A stretch of 64,000 bases of DNA. It comes from Candidatus Heimdallarchaeota archaeon (lineage in GTDB: Archaea; Asgardarchaeota; Heimdallarchaeia; Heimdallarchaeales; Heimdallarchaeaceae). This document shows, piece after piece, positions 49,608-58,268 of the stretch (position 1 is the stretch's first letter; each line of letters opens with the position of its first letter). The position numbers and the translations under genes are program-made. The notes under the pieces are model-generated. The model was not told the DNA's origin. It saw nothing but the letters and a program-made list of their open reading frames with translations, and did not search any database. The stretch spans positions 1 to 64,000 of the forward strand of contig DXJF01000097.1 in NCBI GenBank assembly GCA_019057375.1, written 5' to 3'.

Positions 49608-51646
49608 AGGTGTTTTTTTATCGTGTTTAAATATCAAATTACAGATATAAAAGTGATGAATTCTGTGCTTGTAAAAGATCTCGAAGAAGAAAAGGAAGTT
49701 CAAAAAACCTATTCCTTAGTTCTTAGATTTCAAAATCTAGCACAAAGAAAAGAAGCTAACCATCGAGTCAGCGATTTAGAAGATAAACAATCACTATTAC
49801 TATATGATACTTCTACTCAAAAAATTGCAAGAGATTTAGCTCGCGAAAATCCAAATGTTTCATTTCCTATTTCTAAAATCCAAAAATCTTCGAGGAGCAG
49901 TTCAAATATCTCTTTCAGTGCTTATAATTGGTTGTTTGCAGCATCAAAAGTGTCTGTTGATAAGGAAAAGAAAGTAGCTGATTTATTCCAGTTTCTGTTA
50001 CAAAATCCACAGCAAGCAATTGAATGGGTGATTCTTGGACGTTCTCCCTATACTGAAATTTCTCTTTCGAAGAAATGGAGAGTAGATTATGTATATGTTA
50101 TAAATCTCTTGACAAGTACTAGACGAAAAACTAACACTTATTGGAAAAAGAATTTTACTATGAGCTTTAAAGAAAAGCAACTAGAGTTCAATTCAAAGCT
50201 TCCAAAGACAACACAATTTGAAGTTGAACAAGCAATACAAGACTGCTATGAAGTAAAGGTAGAAGAGTATGCAAAATTGAAGAAAACTACTGAAAAACAA
50301 TATACTTTTCTTGATAAATTAGCTTTGGTAGTGAAACATAAGTATGTTATAGCTCCATATGTAACTTCTTGGATTAATCTTTCTCAAAAAGCTCGGTGGA
50401 AAAGCTTAAAGCAACTGAGTAAACAACTTGCTGAAACGATTGGTCAAATCAATGAAAAACTCCATTCTACAATAAGATTGATAGTAGTTTTTGCACTCTT
50501 CTCAAAACTGTGGGGGACTGTATCTAAATTAATTGATTCAACTAATCCAGAAGAAGTTGTAAGTTCTCCGTTTGAAAGAAAAAAAGCGAATTTACCAATT
50601 AAAATGTTAATGAAACATGAATATGACATAATTCGACCTGGTAACTCTCAAAAGATGACACAACTTGCTAAAGAACAAGGATGCTTTGAACTTGGATTTC
50701 CATGTAAAGGAAAAAAAAGAATAACAGGTAATCTTCTGTTTACAGAAAAAATTATCGAATATCTGAAAAATGGTGCTAGTGTAAGAATCTTACAAATTAA
50801 AAGTGGAAAAGCTCCTAACTACAAACCCAAGATTTCAGTTGTTCTTCATGGTACTCCTAGCATGTTTGTGAGCACCAAACTAGCACAAAAATATGCTAAC
50901 AGTATGAATCTCACTGCTGCTAATATCTTAGGGCTAGATGTCAATAGAGTAGGAAAACACATGTTGTCGTTCTCTAATGAAGTTCCATTGGATTCTAGAT
51001 TGAGATCTTTATCAAACCATTACCTCTCCTTAACAAGAAAAGAAATTCCAAGATTGAGTAACTCACTAAAAACTAAAGGTAAGCAAAAAGATAGTTATGG
51101 TTATATTAAAACAAAGGGTGAGCTAAATAGGATATATAACAAAAGAACTAATATAATTAAGGAAATTAAGAGAATAATACCACATTACATTGCGGGAGTT
51201 ATTATCAAGAGTAAGTGTAAATTTTTTTGTATAGAAGAGTTTCGTAAGAATCCAAGAGGGAAAAGAGGTGCATTAGCAAAAGCAATATACAACATGCCTT
51301 ACGAAGACAATATTTTTGAAAAAGCAGTCCAGATTGCGACTCACATTCTTAGTTATAAAGTGAAACTTGTATATGTAAGTGCTCGTAACACAAGTAAATA
51401 TCATTATAGTTGTAGAGGTGTGATTCAAAGAGATCTTAAAAATTATGATTATGCTCTCTGTAAAAAATGTGGTGAACGAGTAAATACACATATTAATGCT
51501 GCTAAAAACATTGCGAAGAAAGGAGAAACAATAATAAAGCAAATCAAGCTTCCCCTAGACGCCGCTAAGGGGACGGGGTAAATAAACCCCTCAAGTAAAC
51601 CTAAAGTTTCTACGAGAACCTAGTAAACTTCATTACGTGCGTGGAA
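49608..51646 (+). mobile_element. Transposase-less element encoding a large TnpB/Cas12f-like protein, inserted in a tRNA-Leu 3'-exon copy
   Basis: Excision restores ...CCACTAAGGAA|CGGATG; GGAA at 49604-49607 and 51643-51646; 3' GC-rich hairpins. Confidence 0.8.
49623..51581 (+). CDS. Large (641-652 aa) TnpB/Cas12f-like RuvC protein; alternative ATG start at 49656
   Basis: RuvC-I ILGLDVN, RuvC-II FFCIEEF, VSARNTSK, zinc finger HYSC...CKKC, RuvC-III VNTHINAAKNI (Asp replaced by His). Confidence 0.85.
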   Translation: MFKYQITDIKVMNSVLVKDLEEEKEVQKTYSLVLRFQNLAQRKEANHRVSDLEDKQSLLLYDTSTQKIARDLARENPNVSFPISKIQKSSRSSSNISFSAYNWLFAASKVSVDKEKKVADLFQFLLQNPQQAIEWVILGRSPYTEISLSKKWRVDYVYVINLLTSTRRKTNTYWKKNFTMSFKEKQLEFNSKLPKTTQFEVEQAIQDCYEVKVEEYAKLKKTTEKQYTFLDKLALVVKHKYVIAPYVTSWINLSQKARWKSLKQLSKQLAETIGQINEKLHSTIRLIVVFALFSKLWGTVSKLIDSTNPEEVVSSPFERKKANLPIKMLMKHEYDIIRPGNSQKMTQLAKEQGCFELGFPCKGKKRITGNLLFTEKIIEYLKNGASVRILQIKSGKAPNYKPKISVVLHGTPSMFVSTKLAQKYANSMNLTAANILGLDVNRVGKHMLSFSNEVPLDSRLRSLSNHYLSLTRKEIPRLSNSLKTKGKQKDSYGYIKTKGELNRIYNKRTNIIKEIKRIIPHYIAGVIIKSKCKFFCIEEFRKNPRGKRGALAKAIYNMPYEDNIFEKAVQIATHILSYKVKLVYVSARNTSKYHYSCRGVIQRDLKNYDYALCKKCGERVNTHINAAKNIAKKGETIIKQIKLPLDAAKGTG

Positions 51647-51666
51647 CGGATGACTTATTATTTTAA
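51549..51666 (+). ncRNA. Putative omegaRNA scaffold (to 51646) plus guide (from 51647)
   Basis: Hairpins TCCCCT/AGGGGA (51551-51573), GGGG/CCCC (51575-51590), TTCT/AGAA (51608-51618), imperfect terminal hairpin 51629-51646. Confidence 0.6.
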
Positions 51667-51710
51667 TAAATAATAGTTAGCTTAGATAAGAAAAATAGAT
51701 TTGAAAAAAT

Positions 51711-51812
51711 TGGTGCGGAGAGGGAGATTCGAACTCCCGAACTACAAAGGAACGGATTTCTTATCTATTCTCTAACCCTTATCTTAGGTTTAAAACTAAG
51801 ATCTTAAGTCCA
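51711..51812 (-). repeat. Diverged partial tRNA-Leu(TAA) copy (anticodon stem, intron, 3' exon); att-like
   Basis: Colinear with 54173-54275; BHB preserved; no D arm or 5' acceptor strand. Confidence 0.92.
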
Positions 51813-51860
51813 CCTTGAAACATAAAAGTATTAAAGGTTTAAAAGACAAAATAGGATTAA

Positions 51861-52739
51861 ATGTCTAGTAAAAATTGGGACACTGTAATAGAGTTACTAG
51901 AAACAATCACGCCCTCATATTACTTAGAAAAGGAGCTTAAAGCTACATTCAAATCTAATCTCCAATATAGAATAGGAAAATACTCTGAGAATTGTCGATA
52001 TTTCTTTCAGGAAGGTTTCGAAAAAAAATATTCAAATATTATTCCATCAGCAATAATTGTACCAAGGAAGTCAGGAACTAATATAAGCAAAATCGCAAAT
52101 GAAGCTGTTATATATTTTAAACAAAGCTTGGAATTGTTTAAAACATTGGATAACGTTGAAGAAAATGTGAGTCCATTATTGGAATATTATGGATTATTAC
52201 AATGTGTTAAGGGAGTAGTAATTTTAGAATTAGATGTGAAAAGTGACAAGATATTTAGTAAGCATGGTTTAACTCAAGAAACAAGATTTCATTCAAAAAT
52301 AGATGAACCAAAATCAACAAAAAAATATAAACTAAAAATGATTAAGAGAATTAAGCCATCAAAATATATCAACGCTAAAATTATGCCTTATGGTGTTTTA
52401 ACATCTTTAATCATTCGTTTCACAGATCATTATGATGAACTTTATTCTGACAGAGACATATACAAAATAAGTAAGCATTCTATGGATAAATACGTAACAG
52501 GATACTATAGACCTTCATTAGAAGAAATAACAACCAATCATCATGTAGATCCAATAATTGCTTTCATAGGTTCTTGGATGTTATCAACATTGGTAAGATA
52601 TAAAGCAAAAATGTGGCAAGAAATATGTTTGGGAGAAAAAGATGACATAATAAATAATATTAGAAAATTTAGGAGGGAAAAAATACCTAAAGCAGTAGAA
52701 ACTATGCTAATGGATTATGTAAGAAAGAGCTCTTGGTAA
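51861..52739 (+). CDS. YaaC-like protein
   Basis: YFKQS...VSPLLEYYGLLQCVKG...HGLT; C-terminal SWMLSTLVRYK..W. Confidence 0.6.
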   Translation: MSSKNWDTVIELLETITPSYYLEKELKATFKSNLQYRIGKYSENCRYFFQEGFEKKYSNIIPSAIIVPRKSGTNISKIANEAVIYFKQSLELFKTLDNVEENVSPLLEYYGLLQCVKGVVILELDVKSDKIFSKHGLTQETRFHSKIDEPKSTKKYKLKMIKRIKPSKYINAKIMPYGVLTSLIIRFTDHYDELYSDRDIYKISKHSMDKYVTGYYRPSLEEITTNHHVDPIIAFIGSWMLSTLVRYKAKMWQEICLGEKDDIINNIRKFRREKIPKAVETMLMDYVRKSSW

Positions 52740-52821
52740 CAGCTTAAAGAGTATTCATAAGTACTACAAAAGCTTAAAAAATAATGAATGAAAAAGGAAG
52801 GAGAGAAAGGAGGGGAGACAA

Positions 52822-54165
52822 GTGCAAGAGGATAATAGCGAAAATTTAGCTGAGCCAATAGGAATTAAAGAATTAGGAAAGAGAATAATTCTTCTCCCTT
52901 ATCACATTATAAGGCTCATAGTAAATAATGTTTTACTATTTATTTTAGGAAGTATAGAAAATGGAGTAATAATTGTAAGAGCAAAAAAAAGTATCAAGAT
53001 TGAAGAAGGAATAAAAAAACTCATACAGGAAAACGAATGTATTCTAAGAAAAAGTATCTACTTAAAGAAAAACGATAGTATAGACGAGATTAAACCAGAA
53101 GAGGAAGAAGAGCAAGAAGTAAAACGAATAAATGTTTTGAATAGAATAATGGCTATAGTAGTAATTTCAATAGTTTGGTCGTTTCAAATTGTGTTGAGAG
53201 TCATAGTTTGGATATTTATCTTGATTAATTGTTTAACCATTAGAAAGAAAGTAGGTTTAAAGGAGTGGGAAGAGAATAATTTGGGATATTACAGAGAAAC
53301 CATAAAATATCTTACAGGTATTAGTGAAGAAATACCTTTTTGGAAAGAATTAGGTGGTTGGGGCGAAGGTTTATTATTTATATTAGTATTTGATTTGGTT
53401 GTTATTAGGAATGGATTCTTAAGATTGTGTAGGATAATTCTTGGAGATACTTACAGTTATTATTTGATTATTTCGTTAGTATATATCATAATTTTCGTAA
53501 TTCTTATACCAAAATATCTGAAGTTTCCAAGTAAAAGTGGGGAAAGGAAAACTAAGCAAATAGTAAGAAGAATAGGAGTAAAAAAACCAAAAAGTATAGC
53601 AAGGACTCTCTTAATTGTGATTCTACTATTAGCAATTAAATTAGGAATTATTTATGGAATATCCTTGCTAATAGATTATAATGTAGAAAATTTTATTTTC
53701 CCAGTAAATACAGGTTATATAATTGCAGTAAGTATGAGTGCAGGTATTGCTGAAGAAATAATATACAGGGGATATGTAATAGAAGTAACAAAAAGAAAAT
53801 ATGGAACTTTAGTAACTATGATAATTTCAGGGTGTCTTTTTGGACTTGCACATTTTGCGCTTAATCCATCCATTTATAGTTTTGTTCAGATGTTGTTCGT
53901 AACCTTTATAGGAATAACATATGCGTATTTCAGAATTCTATCAGATTCATTGATAGGACCAATAGTCATGCACACAATATATGACATAATTGTACTATCA
54001 GTAGTATATACAACAGAAAAAATACCTGATTATGTCGTGTATTTGATAGCAATTACATTGAGTATTATAATAACAATAATTTCAATTAATTTGCTGAAAC
54101 TAATATACAAAGACAAAGAACTATTGATATTTAAGAAAAGAGGGAAAGAACAGAAGGAAGGATAA
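52822..54165 (+). CDS. DUF4389-like + CPBP (CAAX/Abi) intramembrane metalloprotease fusion
   Basis: AEEIIYRG, FGLAH, HTIYD motifs; N-terminal RIILLP...YLTGISEEIPF. Confidence 0.75.
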   Translation: MQEDNSENLAEPIGIKELGKRIILLPYHIIRLIVNNVLLFILGSIENGVIIVRAKKSIKIEEGIKKLIQENECILRKSIYLKKNDSIDEIKPEEEEEQEVKRINVLNRIMAIVVISIVWSFQIVLRVIVWIFILINCLTIRKKVGLKEWEENNLGYYRETIKYLTGISEEIPFWKELGGWGEGLLFILVFDLVVIRNGFLRLCRIILGDTYSYYLIISLVYIIIFVILIPKYLKFPSKSGERKTKQIVRRIGVKKPKSIARTLLIVILLLAIKLGIIYGISLLIDYNVENFIFPVNTGYIIAVSMSAGIAEEIIYRGYVIEVTKRKYGTLVTMIISGCLFGLAHFALNPSIYSFVQMLFVTFIGITYAYFRILSDSLIGPIVMHTIYDIIVLSVVYTTEKIPDYVVYLIAITLSIIITIISINLLKLIYKDKELLIFKKRGKEQKEG

Positions 54166-54172
54166 AGGAAAA

Positions 54173-54301
54173 TGGTGCGGGGAGGGAGATTCGAACTCCC
54201 GAACTACTAAAGAACGGATGGCTCATCTGACTTCTAACCCTTATCTTAGGCATAAACCAAGATCTTAAGTCCGCCGCCGTTGGCCACTTGGCTATCCCCG
54301 C
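54173..54301 (-). tRNA. tRNA-Leu(TAA) with 44-nt intron at 37/38
   Basis: GCGGGGA/TCCCCGC; GCGGA-CTTAAG[intron]A-TCCGT; BHB helix CTTA/TGAG; ACCA. Confidence 0.95.
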
Positions 54302-54385
54302 CAACAAAGTCTCAATGTTTGACTATTATAATGAATTTCATTCTTCTTTTAAGATTTTTCATCTTGATTTGAAATTGATTGAAGA

Positions 54386-55699
54386 TCATGGATGGAGTCT
54401 TGTTGGATCTCTTGGTAGTAATCTCGCTTCTCTAATATTAGGTAAATCAAGGATCTTTTGCACAAATCTTTCAATTCCTGTACCACTTCCTCCATGTGGA
54501 GGTGCTCCATTTCTAAAGAACTGCAGATAACTGTCAACCTCTTCAAGCTTGAAATCCTTTTCAACAGCTTGCTTGGCTAAAATATCTACTCTGTGTTCTC
54601 TTTGTCCTCCAGTGGTTAATTCTTGTCCTTTGAATAAGAGATCAAAAGATTTTGTCAATCTTGGATCTTCATCATCCTTCATAGTATAGAATGGTCTAAT
54701 TTTCCAAGGATATTGGTCTACGAATACAAAGTCTGAATTCCATTTCTCTTTTGCATACCTACCAATTATTCCCTCTGCTTCAGCGTCTAAATCTTCATAG
54801 AGGTCTAGTTCTTTTCCTTCACTTGCTAAAACTTCATTACATTCAGGAATTGTAATTATTGGCCATTCTTTGGGTTGATCATCAATTTGAACTCCCAATA
54901 CTTCAAGAGAATTAGCTCTAGATGTTTTTATTGTTTTGAGAGCAAAACCAATTGCGCCTTGTATTACTTTCATGACATCTTTTTGATCATTAATGTATGA
55001 AATCTCAAAATCTATAGAAGTATATTCGCATAAATGACGATTAGTGTGGTGTTTCTCAGCTCTAAAAACAGGCCCTATTTCAAAAACTCTTTCAAATCCT
55101 GCCATTAACATCATTTGTTTATAGAATTGAGGGGATTGTGCTAAGTATGCTTTTTTATCAAAATAATTTATTTCAAAAACACTAGCGCCACTTTCTGTTG
55201 CTGAACCAACAATTTTAGCTGAAAAGAACTGTAAGAAGTCGTTATCTCTAAAATATTGTTGAATTGCATAAGCAGCAGTACTCTCAATTTCGAAAATGTG
55301 AGCAATCTTTTTATCTCTTAAATCTAGAAACCTATAATCGTATCTCTTATCAGGATTTGTTTCAATCTTATCACCAACTGAAATTGGATATTCTTGAGCT
55401 CTTTTATTGATAATTTCAATCTCAGACGGAAGGATTTCCTTTCCATTTGGGGCACTTTCATTGGTTACGACATTTCCAGTAACTGCAATTATATCTCCTT
55501 CTTGAAAATCTAAAGCAAATATCTCTTCAGATACTTTCTTTTTGGGTAAAACTATTTGTACAATCCCTGTTCTATCTTGTAATTGAATGAATCGTAATCC
55601 TCCAAGATTGCGAACTTGTTGAACCCATCCTGCAATCGATATCTTTTCACCTGTTGTAGAAAAAACCTTCTCAATAGGATTTCTTTGACTAAAGTCCAT
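54386..55699 (-). CDS. aspS: Aspartyl-tRNA synthetase (archaeal type)
   Basis: LAQSPQFYKQ, GPVFRAE, GQELTTGGQR, PPHGGSGTGIER. Confidence 0.95.
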   Translation of the reverse strand: MDFSQRNPIEKVFSTTGEKISIAGWVQQVRNLGGLRFIQLQDRTGIVQIVLPKKKVSEEIFALDFQEGDIIAVTGNVVTNESAPNGKEILPSEIEIINKRAQEYPISVGDKIETNPDKRYDYRFLDLRDKKIAHIFEIESTAAYAIQQYFRDNDFLQFFSAKIVGSATESGASVFEINYFDKKAYLAQSPQFYKQMMLMAGFERVFEIGPVFRAEKHHTNRHLCEYTSIDFEISYINDQKDVMKVIQGAIGFALKTIKTSRANSLEVLGVQIDDQPKEWPIITIPECNEVLASEGKELDLYEDLDAEAEGIIGRYAKEKWNSDFVFVDQYPWKIRPFYTMKDDEDPRLTKSFDLLFKGQELTTGGQREHRVDILAKQAVEKDFKLEEVDSYLQFFRNGAPPHGGSGTGIERFVQKILDLPNIREARLLPRDPTRLHP

Positions 55700-55844
55700 G
55701 TTACAGTCCTCAGTTTATTTGTTTGCACCTTTGAAAGTTTATTAAAAAAGATTCTCTTCTTTGTTGTATAAAAATGTGAAAAAAATGACTTTCTGAGAAA
55801 AAACGTTATTTAGCTATTATCCTAATAACTTTGTAGCGATACTA

Positions 55845-56534
55845 ATGAAGAAGATTGTACTAAAGTTTGGTGGTTCTGTTTTATACAAAGAAGAAATGGT
55901 TCTAAATGTTGAGAGAATAAAGGAAATTGTTGAAACCATTAACACCCTCCATGATGCAGGGCATAAAGTTGCTGTGGTTGTTGGAGGAGGAAAATTAGCG
56001 AGAGTTATCATTCAAGCAAGCGATGTCCTTGGACATGTATCTACTTTCAAAGACATTCTTGCAGTGGAATCAACTCGAATTCATGCTTTGCTAGTAATTG
56101 CTTCACTCCAAAATAAAGCATATTTGCTTGTTCCTCGTTCATTCGAAGAAATTGGTAAAGCACTCTCGACTGGAAAGATTGTTGTTACTGGAGGTCTTCA
56201 ACCAGGGCAATCTACAAATGCTGTTGCAGCTCTTGTAGCAGAATACTGGGGCGCTGATTTACTGATAAATTTGACAAATGTAGATAAGGTCTATGATAAA
56301 GATCCCAACCTGTTTGAAGATGCTAAACCTTTAGATGAACTTTCAGCGGATGAACTGTTGGAGATTATATCAAAACAAGATGAAGAACCAGGTAAATATG
56401 CCCTCTTTGACAGAGTAGGATGTGAAATAGTGAAAAGATCCAATTTAAGACTAATATTTACAAATGGTTCTGATCCTAAGAACATTTTGAGAATTGTTGA
56501 TGGAGAAAATATTGGAACTGTAGTTAATGGATAA
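55845..56534 (+). CDS. pyrH: UMP kinase
   Basis: LKFGGS, VVGGG, GGLQPGQSTNAVA, VYDKDP. Confidence 0.96.
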   Translation: MKKIVLKFGGSVLYKEEMVLNVERIKEIVETINTLHDAGHKVAVVVGGGKLARVIIQASDVLGHVSTFKDILAVESTRIHALLVIASLQNKAYLLVPRSFEEIGKALSTGKIVVTGGLQPGQSTNAVAALVAEYWGADLLINLTNVDKVYDKDPNLFEDAKPLDELSADELLEIISKQDEEPGKYALFDRVGCEIVKRSNLRLIFTNGSDPKNILRIVDGENIGTVVNG

Positions 56535-56549
56535 GTCTTTCTTTTTTTT

Positions 56550-57821
56550 CTAATAACTATCATATGTTTTGTATCGGAGAATTGCTGCTATCCCACCAAA
56601 TGCATTGTATAACATAGCCCCATCCTCATGATCGGATGAAATGACCTCTAGTGTGGCACCAGTATTCTCGGCTTTTTCATTCAATTCAGTTATTAAATCA
56701 CTTTCACTTTCAATATACAATTTGGAATTTCCGCAATCAGGACATTTTTTATCAGATAATTTTTTTACGAAATCATTGTAATCTTTGCTTTTTACCGACT
56801 CAATGGTTGAGTAATCACACCCATCACATCTAATTTCCATATTAATTCTATCTACATCCTCACTTACTAAAACAATATCAACAGCTGCTTTTTCTAATGC
56901 TTCCAAAACTTCCTTTTCTCCATAAGTAACTAGTCCTGTGTCTTTTCCCAAATGTTCCATGAATTTTTGTGTGAGTTGGCGCTCCTTAACTAACTCAAAA
57001 TCAGACAATTTATCTGCAGCTTTATCTAGAAGTTCTCGAATCCCTACTGAGCCCAAATATCCAATATCATAGATTCCTATGACTTTTTCAAGCAATCGAT
57101 AATCAATTTCCTTACTTTCCAAAAATTCTGCTTTTGATAAAGCTGGACCACCAACAACTATTGCTTCAACAGGATAATCTTCAAGATAAACAGTATTCAT
57201 GATATCTGCAATTTTGCCATACCATCTTTGAGCCGCTTCTTCAGTTAATCTTTGAAAACGAGCTTGAGACTGACCACCCATTTTATGTTTACCAGGAACA
57301 TTAGATTCTTCTTCACGAATTATATCTAATCGGGAGCCTTGAACAGTTGCTAGTGTTGCTCCTCCTCGAGCAATTAATGCTAACCCATACCTTTGTTTGC
57401 TTTCTAACATCTCTTTAAGATGATCAATATGAAATACATAATCACAGAGATAGAGCTTAATTCCTACGGGATCTGGAGGGCTAATTAGGAAAAACTCCAC
57501 CTTATTGTTTTGAGTAATTCCACAGAAGATAACAAGACCATTTACTCCAGAATCAGGAATAGTTTTTATCCTAGACATGATAGAGGAAAGCGCAGATTGG
57601 ACAGCTTTTCCAGTGCTTTTGTCTTTAATATTTGTTGCAGTTCCGTATTCATCACGCAACTGGGCATTAACATCAGATAACCTAGTACCGGGAGGAATAT
57701 ATAGGGTAACTAAACTTGTAGACATGTTAAAACTTTTTTTGGACTCTAATTTGTCTATTTCATGTTTTAACATATAACGTTCTACTGATGTTCTTTTCTT
57801 TTCTTCCTGTTTCTTTGTCAT
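56550..57821 (-). CDS. prf1: Peptide chain release factor aRF1
   Basis: TATNIKDK (NIKS-like), YLCD, GKHKMGGQSQARF. Confidence 0.97.
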   Translation of the reverse strand: MTKKQEEKKRTSVERYMLKHEIDKLESKKSFNMSTSLVTLYIPPGTRLSDVNAQLRDEYGTATNIKDKSTGKAVQSALSSIMSRIKTIPDSGVNGLVIFCGITQNNKVEFFLISPPDPVGIKLYLCDYVFHIDHLKEMLESKQRYGLALIARGGATLATVQGSRLDIIREEESNVPGKHKMGGQSQARFQRLTEEAAQRWYGKIADIMNTVYLEDYPVEAIVVGGPALSKAEFLESKEIDYRLLEKVIGIYDIGYLGSVGIRELLDKAADKLSDFELVKERQLTQKFMEHLGKDTGLVTYGEKEVLEALEKAAVDIVLVSEDVDRINMEIRCDGCDYSTIESVKSKDYNDFVKKLSDKKCPDCGNSKLYIESESDLITELNEKAENTGATLEVISSDHEDGAMLYNAFGGIAAILRYKTYDSY

Positions 57822-57987
57822 GGTATCTCCTCGGAGTAAGGTAAACTAAAGAACTATGCTTCAGTATAGCACTTTAGACAAAATTTCAAGATTTGTTATT
57901 ATCTTTTTGGTTATGAGTCTTTAGAAATGATGAGAAATAATAGGGAAATATTTTTAGAAAGAACAAATAGTTAACATTCTGATAATA

Positions 57988-58242
57988 ATGGTAGAGAAAC
58001 AACAGATAGAAATTGATTTATTAGATATTTTTGTTTCGCTAAATAGGGGTTTGAATCTCTCAGATGTAATGTTTCAGCTAAATAATCTTTATGCTCCTAA
58101 AGGAGAAAGTGTGGAGCAAGAAGTGCTCATGGAAGTTTTAAATTCATTAACAGAAAAAGATTATTTGAAGAATTTTCAGGTGGGAGCATTAGATAGTTGG
58201 AAAATCACTGATGAAGGAGAAGATTATTTCTATAATCTCTAA
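57988..58242 (+). CDS. Small winged-helix protein, function unknown
   Basis: VLNSLTEKDYL...WKITDEG wing motif. Confidence 0.5.
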   Translation: MVEKQQIEIDLLDIFVSLNRGLNLSDVMFQLNNLYAPKGESVEQEVLMEVLNSLTEKDYLKNFQVGALDSWKITDEGEDYFYNL

Positions 58243-58268
58243 TTGTAAATAAGTAAGAGAAGAGTAGA

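Noticed and set aside
49494-49703. 69-aa minus-strand ORF (and 54288-54530 plus-strand ORF)
   Set aside because: Read-throughs of tRNA or tRNA-fragment sequence and antisense to real genes.
49608-51646. Terminal inverted repeats of a DDE transposon
   Set aside because: The left end (AGGTGTTT) and the reverse complement of the right end (TTCCACGC) do not match; only the direct GGAA is shared.
49408-51860. CRISPR array next to the Cas12f-like gene
   Set aside because: No regularly spaced direct repeats on either side; only short motifs (AGGTTAAAC twice, AGTAAAC twice) too brief and irregular to call.
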